Origin: an uncultured Lachnospiraceae bacterium
GTDB taxonomy: Bacteria > Bacillota > Clostridia > Lachnospirales > Lachnospiraceae
Direction of reading: 5' to 3'
Length of the DNA stretch: 64,000 nt
Assembly: GCA_947385725.1 (NCBI GenBank)
Contig: CANDMD010000001.1
Coordinates: 2,660-66,659, forward strand
In this document: piece after piece, positions 19,785-29,034 of the stretch
Layout: the number at the start of each line of letters is the position of its first letter
Position numbering within the stretch: the first letter of the stretch is position 1
Translations under genes and position numbers: made by a program
Notes under the pieces: model-generated
The model's database searches: none
What the model saw: the letters and a program-made list of their open reading frames with translations, nothing else
Told to the model about the DNA's origin: nothing

Positions 19785-22700
19785 TCAGCTGCAGACCTTT
19801 AAGATCTCCGTCAGTTCATAGTGACAGGCATTCAGCTGCAGCCCCTGGACTGCCAGCTGCTTTGCCTGTTCTTTTTCGTTTTTTCCCAGATGGCCAAGGG
19901 CAGCCATGAGACAGCAGTGAACCCGGTTATTTTTGTTCAGGTCGCCCTCAAAGATCAGGAAGTCGGGCAGGGAGACTGCAAAGTATTCAATCTTCACTTC
20001 ATCGTCCCTGTGATCCTCCGCATATTGGATAAAAGCGTCAAAGCGCCTGTGGGCTTCCTCTGTTTCCCCCAGCTTTTCCAGCGCCAGGGCGGCATAGTAC
20101 ATCATCTGAGGGGGTTGGTCGTTATAATACATGGCGGAGGAAAGGCTGAACTCGCCCCTGGCGGCCAGCCGGTAGGCTTCGCGGGCCTTTTCGGGATCGT
20201 CGTACAGCGTACCCAGCAGATAGTAAATATCATTGTCCATATTGCCGATCAGCTTGCCTTCTCCCAGATTGCGGGGATAGACAAGAGCCTGCTGCAGGAG
20301 GGAGATTGCCCTTTCCCTGTGGACGGAGATTTCCTGCATGGTACAGAAGTATTGCAGTGCGATCTCCTTTTTGGCCTGCTGGATCAGGGAAATGCGGTAT
20401 TGGGCAGGAATTTTGCCTTCTCCGCCCTCCCAGGGATGGAAATTGTGGCTCATGATTTTCTCATAGCTTTCCACATATCTGTCGGCCAGATTCAGCAAAG
20501 TAATATATTCCGTGTAAAGGTCATCCCGCTGTTCCAGGAGTTCCCTGTGGGCTTTCATGTGGGCGAGGCGTTTTTTGACGGGGAAATTCATGGCTTTATA
20601 TAACTGATCCAGCTCAAAAAATATCCTGGCGTCATTGGTGTCCATGGAAAAGGCTTTCTCCATGGAAGCTTTTGCCCTTTCGGCGTCATGCAGCTTATTG
20701 TAGTACACAAGGGACAGGTTCCGGTGTACGGTGGGCAGCGGGATCTGCTCCGCGGCTTGTTCCCAGAGATGCTGCGCCTCCTCCCAGCGCCCCCTGTCGT
20801 ACAGCAGGTTCCCCAGGTAATAAGCGGCATAACTTCCCCGGGCGTCCACTGCCTTTTGCAGGACAGGGATATCCTCCAGCCGGTTGGGGAAGCAGTAGAG
20901 GCTGTCCGCGGCTTCCGCTTTGCGCAGTTCCTTGGGATCCTCTGTGAGGAAGTAGAGGTAATAGTGAACCATAGGTTCACGAACCATAGGTTCACGAACC
21001 ATAGGTTCACGAACCATAGGTTCACGAACCAGAGGTTCACAAACCGTAGAACTGTGGGTCAAAGGCTGGTCGGCGCCGGGGGCAAGCTTCAGGACTTTTA
21101 CGGCTTCCCCGCAAAGCCCCGCGCAGCTGTAGCACAGAGCCAGTTCTATATAATTGTGGGCGTCCCCGCGGAGCAAACGGGAGAATTGTTCTTTCTCCCT
21201 CTGTCCCAGCAGGTAAAGTTCGTAGCAGGCGCCGTGATCCAGGGGATCAAACGCGGCAGTTTCCAATGCAAAGGAGACAGCCGCCTCCTGCTGGCCGGTG
21301 AGACGCAGAAGGGCAGTCTTTAAGGTCCTTGCCTTTAAATTATGGACGCCCCTTGCCAGAGATTGCCCGAGATAATGCAGGGCATCCCCGTACAGGCCTC
21401 TGCCTGCGGCGATGCAGGCCAGCTGGTAAAAGGCCTTGTCCTGCATATTGCCGTCCCAGACCGCCTTGTAAAAGGCGTCAAACGCTTCGGCCATTCTCCC
21501 CTGCATTTTCAGGGAAAGCCCCAGGTTAAAGTAGGGTTCGCAGTCATAGGGATTAGGATTTTTCCACGTGGAGGAGCGGATGGCGCGGCGGAAGTAAACC
21601 TCGCTGTCCGCAAAGCGTCCCTTGTCATATAAATATTTTCCATAACCGTTGTTCAGGCGGATATCGCTGTCATCCCGCTTTAAGCCCTCCAGATAATAGT
21701 CCTCCGGAGAATAGGTGGCATGCCTGTACTGCTCCAGGTGGGTGGCGGCAAGGAACAGCTTTTCTGTGGTTTCCAGGGCTGACGGCTCCGGCAGCGCCTG
21801 GGCGGGAGAGGGAACAGGTTCATTGTAATCCGCGGGGGTGTAATGCAGGATTTCCCTGTCTGCCCTGCGGACTGTGGCGGTGACATCATATTTGCAGACC
21901 GTTTCCAGCACAGGTATTGTATCGCGGAAAGCTGCCAGAGGGGAGAGCTCCAGCTGCCTGGAGTATACAATGTTTTCCCCGCAGGAAAGCTCCACGGTCA
22001 CATCCTTTGCTTCCACGGGGGAATAGAGGGTGAGCATTGCTTTTCCCGCTTCAAATTCCAGATTCAGGACAGCCTCCGTAGTGGCGTTTTTCACAGCGCC
22101 GGCCTCCTTATAAGGCATGAAATACTGTACGAAGGTTTTCTCCTCATAGGGTTTCAGATAGGTGAAGTCGGGCTGGTTGTCAGTGAACATTCCCGTCATC
22201 AGCTCGATATAAGGACCATTTTCATCCGTGAGATTGCGGTCCCATGCTTTTCCGAAATCACCGCAGCCCCAGGTCCACTGTTTCTTGCCCGGAGACACGT
22301 GATGATCGGCTATGTGCAGCAGGCCGGCATTTTTGGAATGGTCATAATTGCCGATGAAATCGAAATCGGAGTGATATGCCATATAGGAGGTGGGCACGGG
22401 AATATTTTTATAGCGCGAAATATCCGTGCCGGGAGCGTAGTCCACCTTATAGTATACGCCGTCGGCAATGGGGAATCTGGACACATCCCGCTTGCCGTGA
22501 TCCATGACCGCGGTCACGTCAGGGGGGAAGATGGACTGTGTATGGTCGTTGACAGCCACGGCGGGATTAGCCCACCACAGGAAAGTCTGGGGTCTGTCCG
22601 TGGGATTGTAGACCTGTCCCCTGATTTCCAGATAGGCCCTGTCGGGGTATACCGTGAAACCGGCCATCCCCTTTGTGTGGAACATCTTTTCAATTTCACC

Positions 22701-23141
22701 CACCCAGACGGTGACAGAGCCGTCCCCGTGCTCCTCTACCGTGAAATCCACAGGGTCGTAGGTGGAGGGTCTGTGATGCTGGGGCCAGTTGAACTCGATG
22801 CCGCCGCTGATCCAGGGTCCCGCAAGCCCTACCAGTGCGGGCTTTATCACCTCGTTGTAATATACGGCGTCGTAGCCGTTTGTCTTATCGTAAAGTCTCT
22901 GGATGCGCCCGCCCAGTTCGGGCAGGATCATGACCAGGATATAATCATTTTCCAGGAAGACCGCGTCATATTCCCTGTCGGTCTTTACGTCAGCCACGCC
23001 CTCGCACACAGGATGAGGATATACCCTGCCGCTGGAACCCTGGTAGACGCGTTTTTCCAGGAACATGGGATTCTTGTCGTATTCTGCGGTTTCATAAGTG
23101 GGGATCGTTAGTTTTTCCTGCCGGACCGTTACTTTTTTCAT
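19785..23141 (-). CDS. DUF5107-domain protein with TPR repeats (1118 aa)
   Basis: The N-terminus ...LTIPTYETAEYDKNPMFLEKRVYQGSSGRVYPHP is characteristic of DUF5107 as I recall it. The C-terminal half is TPR-like. Confidence 0.7.
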   Translation of the reverse strand: MKKVTVRQEKLTIPTYETAEYDKNPMFLEKRVYQGSSGRVYPHPVCEGVADVKTDREYDAVFLENDYILVMILPELGGRIQRLYDKTNGYDAVYYNEVIKPALVGLAGPWISGGIEFNWPQHHRPSTYDPVDFTVEEHGDGSVTVWVGEIEKMFHTKGMAGFTVYPDRAYLEIRGQVYNPTDRPQTFLWWANPAVAVNDHTQSIFPPDVTAVMDHGKRDVSRFPIADGVYYKVDYAPGTDISRYKNIPVPTSYMAYHSDFDFIGNYDHSKNAGLLHIADHHVSPGKKQWTWGCGDFGKAWDRNLTDENGPYIELMTGMFTDNQPDFTYLKPYEEKTFVQYFMPYKEAGAVKNATTEAVLNLEFEAGKAMLTLYSPVEAKDVTVELSCGENIVYSRQLELSPLAAFRDTIPVLETVCKYDVTATVRRADREILHYTPADYNEPVPSPAQALPEPSALETTEKLFLAATHLEQYRHATYSPEDYYLEGLKRDDSDIRLNNGYGKYLYDKGRFADSEVYFRRAIRSSTWKNPNPYDCEPYFNLGLSLKMQGRMAEAFDAFYKAVWDGNMQDKAFYQLACIAAGRGLYGDALHYLGQSLARGVHNLKARTLKTALLRLTGQQEAAVSFALETAAFDPLDHGACYELYLLGQREKEQFSRLLRGDAHNYIELALCYSCAGLCGEAVKVLKLAPGADQPLTHSSTVCEPLVREPMVREPMVREPMVREPMVHYYLYFLTEDPKELRKAEAADSLYCFPNRLEDIPVLQKAVDARGSYAAYYLGNLLYDRGRWEEAQHLWEQAAEQIPLPTVHRNLSLVYYNKLHDAERAKASMEKAFSMDTNDARIFFELDQLYKAMNFPVKKRLAHMKAHRELLEQRDDLYTEYITLLNLADRYVESYEKIMSHNFHPWEGGEGKIPAQYRISLIQQAKKEIALQYFCTMQEISVHRERAISLLQQALVYPRNLGEGKLIGNMDNDIYYLLGTLYDDPEKAREAYRLAARGEFSLSSAMYYNDQPPQMMYYAALALEKLGETEEAHRRFDAFIQYAEDHRDDEVKIEYFAVSLPDFLIFEGDLNKNNRVHCCLMAALGHLGKNEKEQAKQLAVQGLQLNACHYELTEILKVCS
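20966..21040. repeat. 15-bp tandem repeat x5 (plus a degenerate sixth), in frame within the DUF5107 gene
   Basis: GAACCATAGGTTCAC is repeated head-to-tail and encodes (VREPM)n on the minus strand. Each unit is built from complementary arms GGTTC/GAACC, so the array is self-complementary. Confidence 0.95.
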
Positions 23142-23335
23142 CTGCTTTATTTTTCCTTCCTATCATATTTTATAATTTGCACTATCTTATCATTGATCAT
23201 ACCTTACCATTTATTAAGAATATTATATTTGCTGTATGGTAAATAAGCAATCTTTTTTCTGAAAATTTCTTGACCTTGCCCCTGGGACATAGTTTACTGT
23301 TGGATGGAGCAGATTATTTGCAGAGGAGGCTGTCT

Positions 23336-23995
23336 ATGGAAAAGGGACTTATGACGATAAGGGAAATAGCAGAATTTTATGGTGTGTCCAGAAAGGCCAT
23401 GCGTTTATATGAAAAGAAGGGTATCATTAAGCCGGTAAAGGTGGATCCGGCCAATGGATACCGCTACTACTCGGTTGCACAGGTAAAGTAGTTGAATGCG
23501 CTGCTGGTAAAGATGATATGCATCGAGGAAGCCGGGGGTTGTCTTGATCGCATCGCAGGTATGGTGGGCGGCACTGATTATTCTTGTTTTTTTAGTTCCT
23601 CTGTTTGTGCTGTCCATGAGGGCAGTGCTTTGGGGAATGTATATTTGACAGGCGGGGAAGGAGAGGCGGTTCGCGAGGCAGTCGGTCTGGCAAAGGAGAA
23701 GGCAGTCGGTCTGGCAGAAGAGGAGACAGCCGGTCTGACAGGGGAGGAGACAGCCGGTCTGACAGGGGAGGAGACAGCCGGTCTGACAGGGGAGGAGGCA
23801 GTCGGTCTGACAGGGGAGGAGGCAGTCGGTCTGACAGGGGAGGAGGCAGTCGGTCTGACAGCGAAGGAGGCAGTCGGTCTGACAGGAGGAAAGACAGCCC
23901 ATTTGACAGCGGAACAGGCCGCCCACCTGGCAGGACTGGATGAAGTGGTCAGCGGGTTGGGACAGGGAATCCATACCCCTTTGGGAAAAATCTGA
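23336..23995 (+). pseudogene. MerR-family regulator gene interrupted by an in-frame TAG, followed by a repeat-filled reading frame
   Basis: GGAGG RBS. MTIREIAEFYGVSRKAMRLYEKKGIIKPVKVDPANGYRYYSVAQVK is followed by a TAG at 23489-23491. The same frame then continues (LNALLVKM...) through the 24-bp repeat array to 23995. Confidence 0.5.
23676..23905. repeat. 24-bp tandem repeat, about 9.5 copies
   Basis: Unit GGCAGTCGGTCTGACAGGGGAGGA with minor variants (GAGACAGCCGGTCTGACAGGGGAG). The copies are contiguous with no spacers. They encode (EEAVGLTG)n on + and (CQTDCLLP)n on -. Confidence 0.95.
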
Positions 23996-24151
23996 AAAGA
24001 CGGTCAGGACATTTCCGGCGGACAATGGCAGAGGGTAGCCATTCCGTACCGCACTGGTTGAACGTATATGGCTGGCGTTATGTAGTCAGGTTACTCGGAA
24101 ATTTTAACTGTCAGGCAGTATAAATTGCAGTAATGCACAGCTTGGTAAAAC

Positions 24152-24211
24152 ATAAGTTAGTAAATTATAAATAAGTAAAATATAAACAAGTAAATCATTA
24201 ATAAGTAAATT
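24152..24211. repeat. four degenerate ~15-bp direct repeats containing AAGTAAA (iteron-like)
   Basis: ATAAGTTAGTAAATT / ATAAATAAGTAAAAT / ATAAACAAGTAAATC / ATTAATAAGTAAATT, located at the left edge of the AT-rich island. Confidence 0.6.
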
Positions 24212-24998
24212 GCGATTGACTAAAATGAAGCGGCGTGATACTTTATATTATAAAGATGGGTGGAATGGTTGTACGACTGTTGACTTGGTTTATACGAAAT
24301 ATTTGAAGGCTCTAATTTATTATGAAGGAATTCAGAGGATTGAGCAGTTTATGTTTCCGCAGGAAGCATTCCGTGAGATATTGCTGAATGCAGTGGTTCA
24401 CAAAGATTATAGTGCCTGTAACCCGATTCAGATCAGTATATATGAGGATAAAATATATATCTGGAATGACGGTGAGATGCCGCATGAATTGGATTCAACG
24501 GAGAAACTGTTCGAAAAGCATTCTTCCAAGCCGTATAATCCTAAGCTTGCAAATGTTTTCTTTAAAAGTGGTATGATAGAGGCATGGGGCAGAGGATTTG
24601 ACAAAATCAAGGAGGCATGCGTAAAGTATGATGGACGTCTGCCGGAATACAATATCAGTGCATCCGGAGTTATGGTGTTGTGTAAAGCATGTGACAAGTA
24701 TTTGGAATTGCTTTTTGGTTATAAGAATCATTCGCTCATTTCAAATGAGCGAATTATGAGTGAATTAATAAGTGGCAAAATGAAAGAACCGGTACAGCAA
24801 ATCCTTGATTATCTGAAAGATAATGATACAATTACAACTATGATAGGAAAGGAACTTACGGGTAAGTCAGAGGCTCAAGTCCGCAGATACTTAAAGGCAT
24901 TAACTGATTGTGGAGTTATAGAAAGCAAAAAGGTAACAAAAGGAAATATATATACAAGACTTTACGCAATTCGCTCGTTTCAAGTGAGCGAATTATGA
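24210..24998 (+). CDS. HATPase_c_4-type putative ATP-/DNA-binding protein with C-terminal wHTH; appears to lack the usual N-terminal AlbA_2 (Schlafen-like) domain
   Basis: FPQEAFREILLNAVVHKDY...IYIWNDGEMP...KPYNPKLANVFFKSGMIEAWGRGFDKI matches the family often annotated as 'putative DNA-binding / RecG-like ATP-binding' protein. The N-terminal ~130 aa of full-length members are not present, so it may be a 5'-truncated remnant. Confidence 0.55.
   Translation: MRLTKMKRRDTLYYKDGWNGCTTVDLVYTKYLKALIYYEGIQRIEQFMFPQEAFREILLNAVVHKDYSACNPIQISIYEDKIYIWNDGEMPHELDSTEKLFEKHSSKPYNPKLANVFFKSGMIEAWGRGFDKIKEACVKYDGRLPEYNISASGVMVLCKACDKYLELLFGYKNHSLISNERIMSELISGKMKEPVQQILDYLKDNDTITTMIGKELTGKSEAQVRRYLKALTDCGVIESKKVTKGNIYTRLYAIRSFQVSEL
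24730..24754. repeat. 25-nt perfect hairpin (copy 1 of 2)
   Basis: ATTCGCTCAT-ttcaa-ATGAGCGAAT, followed by TATGAG. Confidence 0.8.
24969..24993. repeat. 25-nt hairpin (copy 2 of 2)
   Basis: ATTCGCTCGT-ttcaa-GTGAGCGAAT (one G:T wobble in the stem), followed by TATGAG. It overlaps the stop codon of CDS 24210-24998 and is read in a different frame from copy 1. Confidence 0.8.
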
Positions 24999-25205
24999 GC
25001 GGAAAAGTAATTTAGAATAGTTTCAACTGCACCGTTGGAACTATTTTAATTTTGTTTGCCAAATGCTCTCCATAGTGTCATACTTTATAAGCTTTGTACC
25101 CCTAATGCCAATAACTATGAGGGTAATCAGCTATATAGAGGATGTTAAGGTATAAAGCGTAGTAATTATAGTGAAACATAGATTCATAAATCTTAATTAT
25201 GCAAA

Positions 25206-25234
25206 TTGCAATTGACCAAGAAAAATGATATAAT
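25206..25234 (+). promoter_or_regulatory. promoter candidate for the helicase/GHKL operon
   Basis: TTGCAA (25206-25211), 17-nt spacer ending in TGa (extended -10), TATAAT (25229-25234). This would give a ~185-nt AT-rich leader. Confidence 0.4.
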
Positions 25235-25420
25235 ATAAAAATAATAAAAGTTAATAAGCTTAAGGATAACAACATTTATTTTTTAGCAAAAATTGAATCA
25301 TTTAAGCGAGAAAGTAAGCCGGGATATTGTATGATAAATTTGCTATATTGATTGGGATAGTACAGGACAAGGATTTTAAAATAAATATAAAATACACAAA
25401 GATGAAGAGGATGTTTTAAG

Positions 25421-28400
25421 ATGGATAGCAATCAGATTACATGTAGTATGAAATCATATCTTCATATTTCAGAAAATCTTTTGGCCGAGTGGCTTGGTAA
25501 GCTTTTTCCGAAGACAACACCGGATTGGTGGGAAGTTTGTGTGATGCAAAAACTGAGTTACAATCAGAGGGAGATTGCGGAGAGCAAAGGTTTTACAAGT
25601 CTCGAGGATTTTGATTTGGCTTCTCTTTTGAGGATAGCAGATAAATCATGGTATACAATGCGGGAGGCAGCATATCTGCCAACACGGGAGCGGGAATGTA
25701 TCAGAGATATGATGCGTGTACGAAATAATTGGGCGCATTGTAGTACAATACTTCCTGGCAAGGATACTATTATTGAGGACCTTAAAACACTTCATCAATT
25801 CTTTGAACAAATGAAATGTGAGGATAAACTGGTCAACGAAATTGATCAGATGATAGAAGCGGTAAAGCTGCCGTCCACTGTGGATTTCAATGCGCTGTCA
25901 AAAAGTGGATCTGAGGAAACTGTATCAGATGTGTCAGGGGATGAAAATGAAATTGCAGAAAAGAGTCTGGTGTATTTAATTGGTGATCCTGCTGTACGTG
26001 GAGTTGTAATGTCCATTACAGATCTTGGTGATGTTAAGAAATATGATGTGTTTGTGGATGGAAATTTTAAAACTTATTATTCCGGACAGATCGCACCTGT
26101 GGTGGAGACTGTTTCTTATAACTGGGTGGATATCAGTACATTTCGATGCTATCTAACAGCATATCAGATTAATTACCCTTCTGGACGCGATTTATATTCT
26201 TTGAATTCTGCAAGAATAGATTTTGTGCCTTATCAGTTCAGGCCGGCATTGAAGCTGATTCATGCGGATGAACCCCGCATTCTGATTGCGGATAGTGTAG
26301 GTGTCGGCAAGACAATTGAGGCTGGACTTATCATTAAGGAACTACAGGCAAGAAAAGAACTTGAAAATGTCCTGATCATATGCCCTAAACCACTGGTGAC
26401 AGAGCGCAAATGGGAACTTGAAATGAAGAGGTTTGATGAAGAGTTTACTCCGGTTACCGGACCGGAACTTCATCAGATTATTTCGGATGTGGATAGGGAT
26501 GGGGAGTGGCCTGTCAGGTATAGCAAGATTATTATTCCTTATTCTATTTTGGATGGCCGTACATATAAAGGTAATTCTGGGAAAAAGGGTAAAGTCTTTG
26601 GACTGGAGGGTTTGGATCCGGCTCCGCATTTTGATCTTGTCATAGTTGATGAGGCGCATCATATCAGAAACGGCAGTCTGGAAAAGGAAAAAGCATTTGA
26701 ATATAAGTGTGTGAAATACTTTTGTGATCGTGCGGATGCAGTTGTTATGTTGACTGCTACCCCGTTACAGACCAGGGATGATGATTTGTATACATTGCTT
26801 AATGTCCTGAGAAATGATGTGATTTTTGATAAGCCTACATTCAATCTTATGGCGAAACCCAATGTTCATATTTCGGCGGCATCCAGTTTGATTCGTAGAG
26901 CCGGAAAAGACTGGCAGAAGCAGGCTGTCAGGGAATTGAAGGCTGTTCTTGAAACACAGTGGGGAGAGAATGTCATAGCGGCAAATCCCACGTATGCATC
27001 TATGCTTCAGACATTACAGCAGGAAAAAATTACAAGGGAGGAACGGGTAAAGCTTATTTCTGAAGCAGAGAGTCTGCACAGCTTTCATTCTATGCTCAAC
27101 CGAACCAGAAGAAAGGACATACAGGATTTCTGTATCAGACGACCGTTTACGCTGGCAGTGGAATTTACTCCTGCACAGCAGACTCTGTATGATGAGCTTC
27201 TTCGTTTTGAACAGAATGCCCTTATGCAGTTACATGGTGATGCAAGGTCGATCCCTTTTATGGTGTCCACTATTAAGAGACAGGCGGCAAGCTGTATATT
27301 CGGATTGGCGCCACATATTAGAGACCTTATCAAGCGAAGGTTTGTGCAAATAAATGGGGATCTGGATGGCAATATGGCAGAATTTGGATTTTCAGGGGCG
27401 GGCGCGGATACGTTAGAAGAATTGGCGCAAAATTTGCTGCAAATGGCAGACAGCCTTCCGGAGGACGATTCCAAATTTGACCAGGTGTTGTCAGTGATTC
27501 GAGAGAAACAAAAAGTTGAGAATAACAAAGTGATGATATTCAGTACATTCAGGTTTACGCTTGCATATCTGAAGAAAAAGCTTTTGGCAGCAGGGTTCAG
27601 GGTAGACCATGTTGACGGAGGCGTAAAGGATGCTGTACGTCAGGATTTGCGGGCAAAGTTCGAACTGCCAAAATCTGATCCGGAGGCACTTGATATTTTG
27701 CTGTTTACAGAAGTTGGCTCCGAGGGTCTTGATTATCAGTTCTGTGACATGATGATAAACTATGATTTGCCCTGGAATCCAATGAGAATTGAGCAGAGAA
27801 TCGGTCGTATTGACCGTCGTGGACAGAAAAGTGAGACGGTTAGTATATACAATGTTATCACAAATGGAACGGTTGACGCAGATATTTATTATAGATGCCT
27901 GATGAGAATTGGTATATTTGAGAGCAGTGTTGGTGAGTGTGAAGAAATCCTGGGTGAAATAGCCGACCAGATTGAGCATATTGTGGTTGATTCCACACTT
28001 ACAGAGGAAGAACGTAGAATCAAGCTGGAGCAAATGGCTGATAATGAAGTTCGAAAGATTCAGGAAATAAATCGACTGGAAGAGGAAGAAAAGGAACTTT
28101 TTGGGTTTGATTTATCGGAATACGTGACGAGCCAGGAGATTTATAATGCTGAGAATCCATGGCTGAACCAGAAGAATCTTCAGACTATGGTTGAGCGGTA
28201 TATGGAGGAAAGGCTTGGCAAGGGCACTTATTTGCTTGGGGAAGGTGATGTGAAGCAGTTGAGATTGTCTGCAAAAGCAAGGGAGATACTTCGAGAAGAT
28301 TTTAGAAAACTTCCAGCAGGCAGAAGTATGGTAAGGCAGAGTTGGGATGCATATTTAAAAGGAAAAAATCCGATGCATCCGGCTACTTTTGATTCTGATA

Positions 28401-28999
28401 CAGCAGAGAAAAGCCGGGATGCCTTTTTTATCACAGCAATGCATCCGCTTGCCAGGCAGGCTGCAGAATTTTATAGATCAAATGAGCAGGCATATATCAG
28501 GCTGCAGTATGCGAGTAATGGATTGCCTGCAGGAACATATCACTTTTCAGTTTATGCATGGAACTATGTTGGACTGAATCCGCATTTCAGATTGGTGGTG
28601 GTTTGTGATGATGATGTCGTTGCAGTCGAACTTCCGGACATTCTACAGGAATCTCAAAATGGAGTGCCTGCCGTGAAGCTGCAGCCTTCCGACTGGGATG
28701 CACTTGAGAGGAAACAGATAGAACTGTGGAAGAAAGAGAAGAGCCTTGAAGTGAAAGAAGCAGAAAAAGTATCTACTTCTAAGATTGAGAGTTTGACGAA
28801 TAATTTTCGGAATTGCCAGAGATCGCTTGAACAGAAGATTCTTGATACTGCTAATGAAAGCATTCAGAGGATGTATCACGGTGAATTGGAAAAAGCACGG
28901 GTAAAGTACGAAACAAAAGTTGCCTCTATCCATCAAAAGGCGGCACAGACAGATATTCATACAACATTGATTGCTAATGGCATACTGGAGATTGTTTAA
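25421..28999 (+). CDS. SNF2-family (SF2) helicase with an N-terminal HEPN-like (Rx4H) domain, 1192 aa
   Basis: Helicase motifs: I ADSVGVGKTIEAG, Ia ICPKPLV, II DLVIVDEAHHIRN, III MLTATPLQ, V FTEVGSEGLDYQ, VI QRIGRIDRRGQK. The N-terminal ~150 aa are helical and contain MMRVRNNWAHCS (R101-x4-H106). The C-terminal ~340 aa are unassigned. Confidence 0.85.
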   Translation: MDSNQITCSMKSYLHISENLLAEWLGKLFPKTTPDWWEVCVMQKLSYNQREIAESKGFTSLEDFDLASLLRIADKSWYTMREAAYLPTRERECIRDMMRVRNNWAHCSTILPGKDTIIEDLKTLHQFFEQMKCEDKLVNEIDQMIEAVKLPSTVDFNALSKSGSEETVSDVSGDENEIAEKSLVYLIGDPAVRGVVMSITDLGDVKKYDVFVDGNFKTYYSGQIAPVVETVSYNWVDISTFRCYLTAYQINYPSGRDLYSLNSARIDFVPYQFRPALKLIHADEPRILIADSVGVGKTIEAGLIIKELQARKELENVLIICPKPLVTERKWELEMKRFDEEFTPVTGPELHQIISDVDRDGEWPVRYSKIIIPYSILDGRTYKGNSGKKGKVFGLEGLDPAPHFDLVIVDEAHHIRNGSLEKEKAFEYKCVKYFCDRADAVVMLTATPLQTRDDDLYTLLNVLRNDVIFDKPTFNLMAKPNVHISAASSLIRRAGKDWQKQAVRELKAVLETQWGENVIAANPTYASMLQTLQQEKITREERVKLISEAESLHSFHSMLNRTRRKDIQDFCIRRPFTLAVEFTPAQQTLYDELLRFEQNALMQLHGDARSIPFMVSTIKRQAASCIFGLAPHIRDLIKRRFVQINGDLDGNMAEFGFSGAGADTLEELAQNLLQMADSLPEDDSKFDQVLSVIREKQKVENNKVMIFSTFRFTLAYLKKKLLAAGFRVDHVDGGVKDAVRQDLRAKFELPKSDPEALDILLFTEVGSEGLDYQFCDMMINYDLPWNPMRIEQRIGRIDRRGQKSETVSIYNVITNGTVDADIYYRCLMRIGIFESSVGECEEILGEIADQIEHIVVDSTLTEEERRIKLEQMADNEVRKIQEINRLEEEEKELFGFDLSEYVTSQEIYNAENPWLNQKNLQTMVERYMEERLGKGTYLLGEGDVKQLRLSAKAREILREDFRKLPAGRSMVRQSWDAYLKGKNPMHPATFDSDTAEKSRDAFFITAMHPLARQAAEFYRSNEQAYIRLQYASNGLPAGTYHFSVYAWNYVGLNPHFRLVVVCDDDVVAVELPDILQESQNGVPAVKLQPSDWDALERKQIELWKKEKSLEVKEAEKVSTSKIESLTNNFRNCQRSLEQKILDTANESIQRMYHGELEKARVKYETKVASIHQKAAQTDIHTTLIANGILEIV

Positions 29000-29034
29000 G
29001 ACACGTAAGAATCTATGTTTTGGAGGGAAGTACT

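Noticed and set aside
23676-23905. Possible CRISPR array (regular GC-rich 24-bp repeats); the same question applies to 61578-61901 and 60642-60990
   Set aside because: The repeat units are directly contiguous with no unique spacers. The arrays maintain reading frames, and no cas genes are present. These are minisatellites or coding repeats.
23405-24025. 206-aa minus-strand ORF with (CQTDCLLP)n that could pass for a Cys-rich repeat peptide
   Set aside because: It is simply the reverse reading of the 24-bp minisatellite. It has no RBS or sensible start and no flanking maturation or transport genes.
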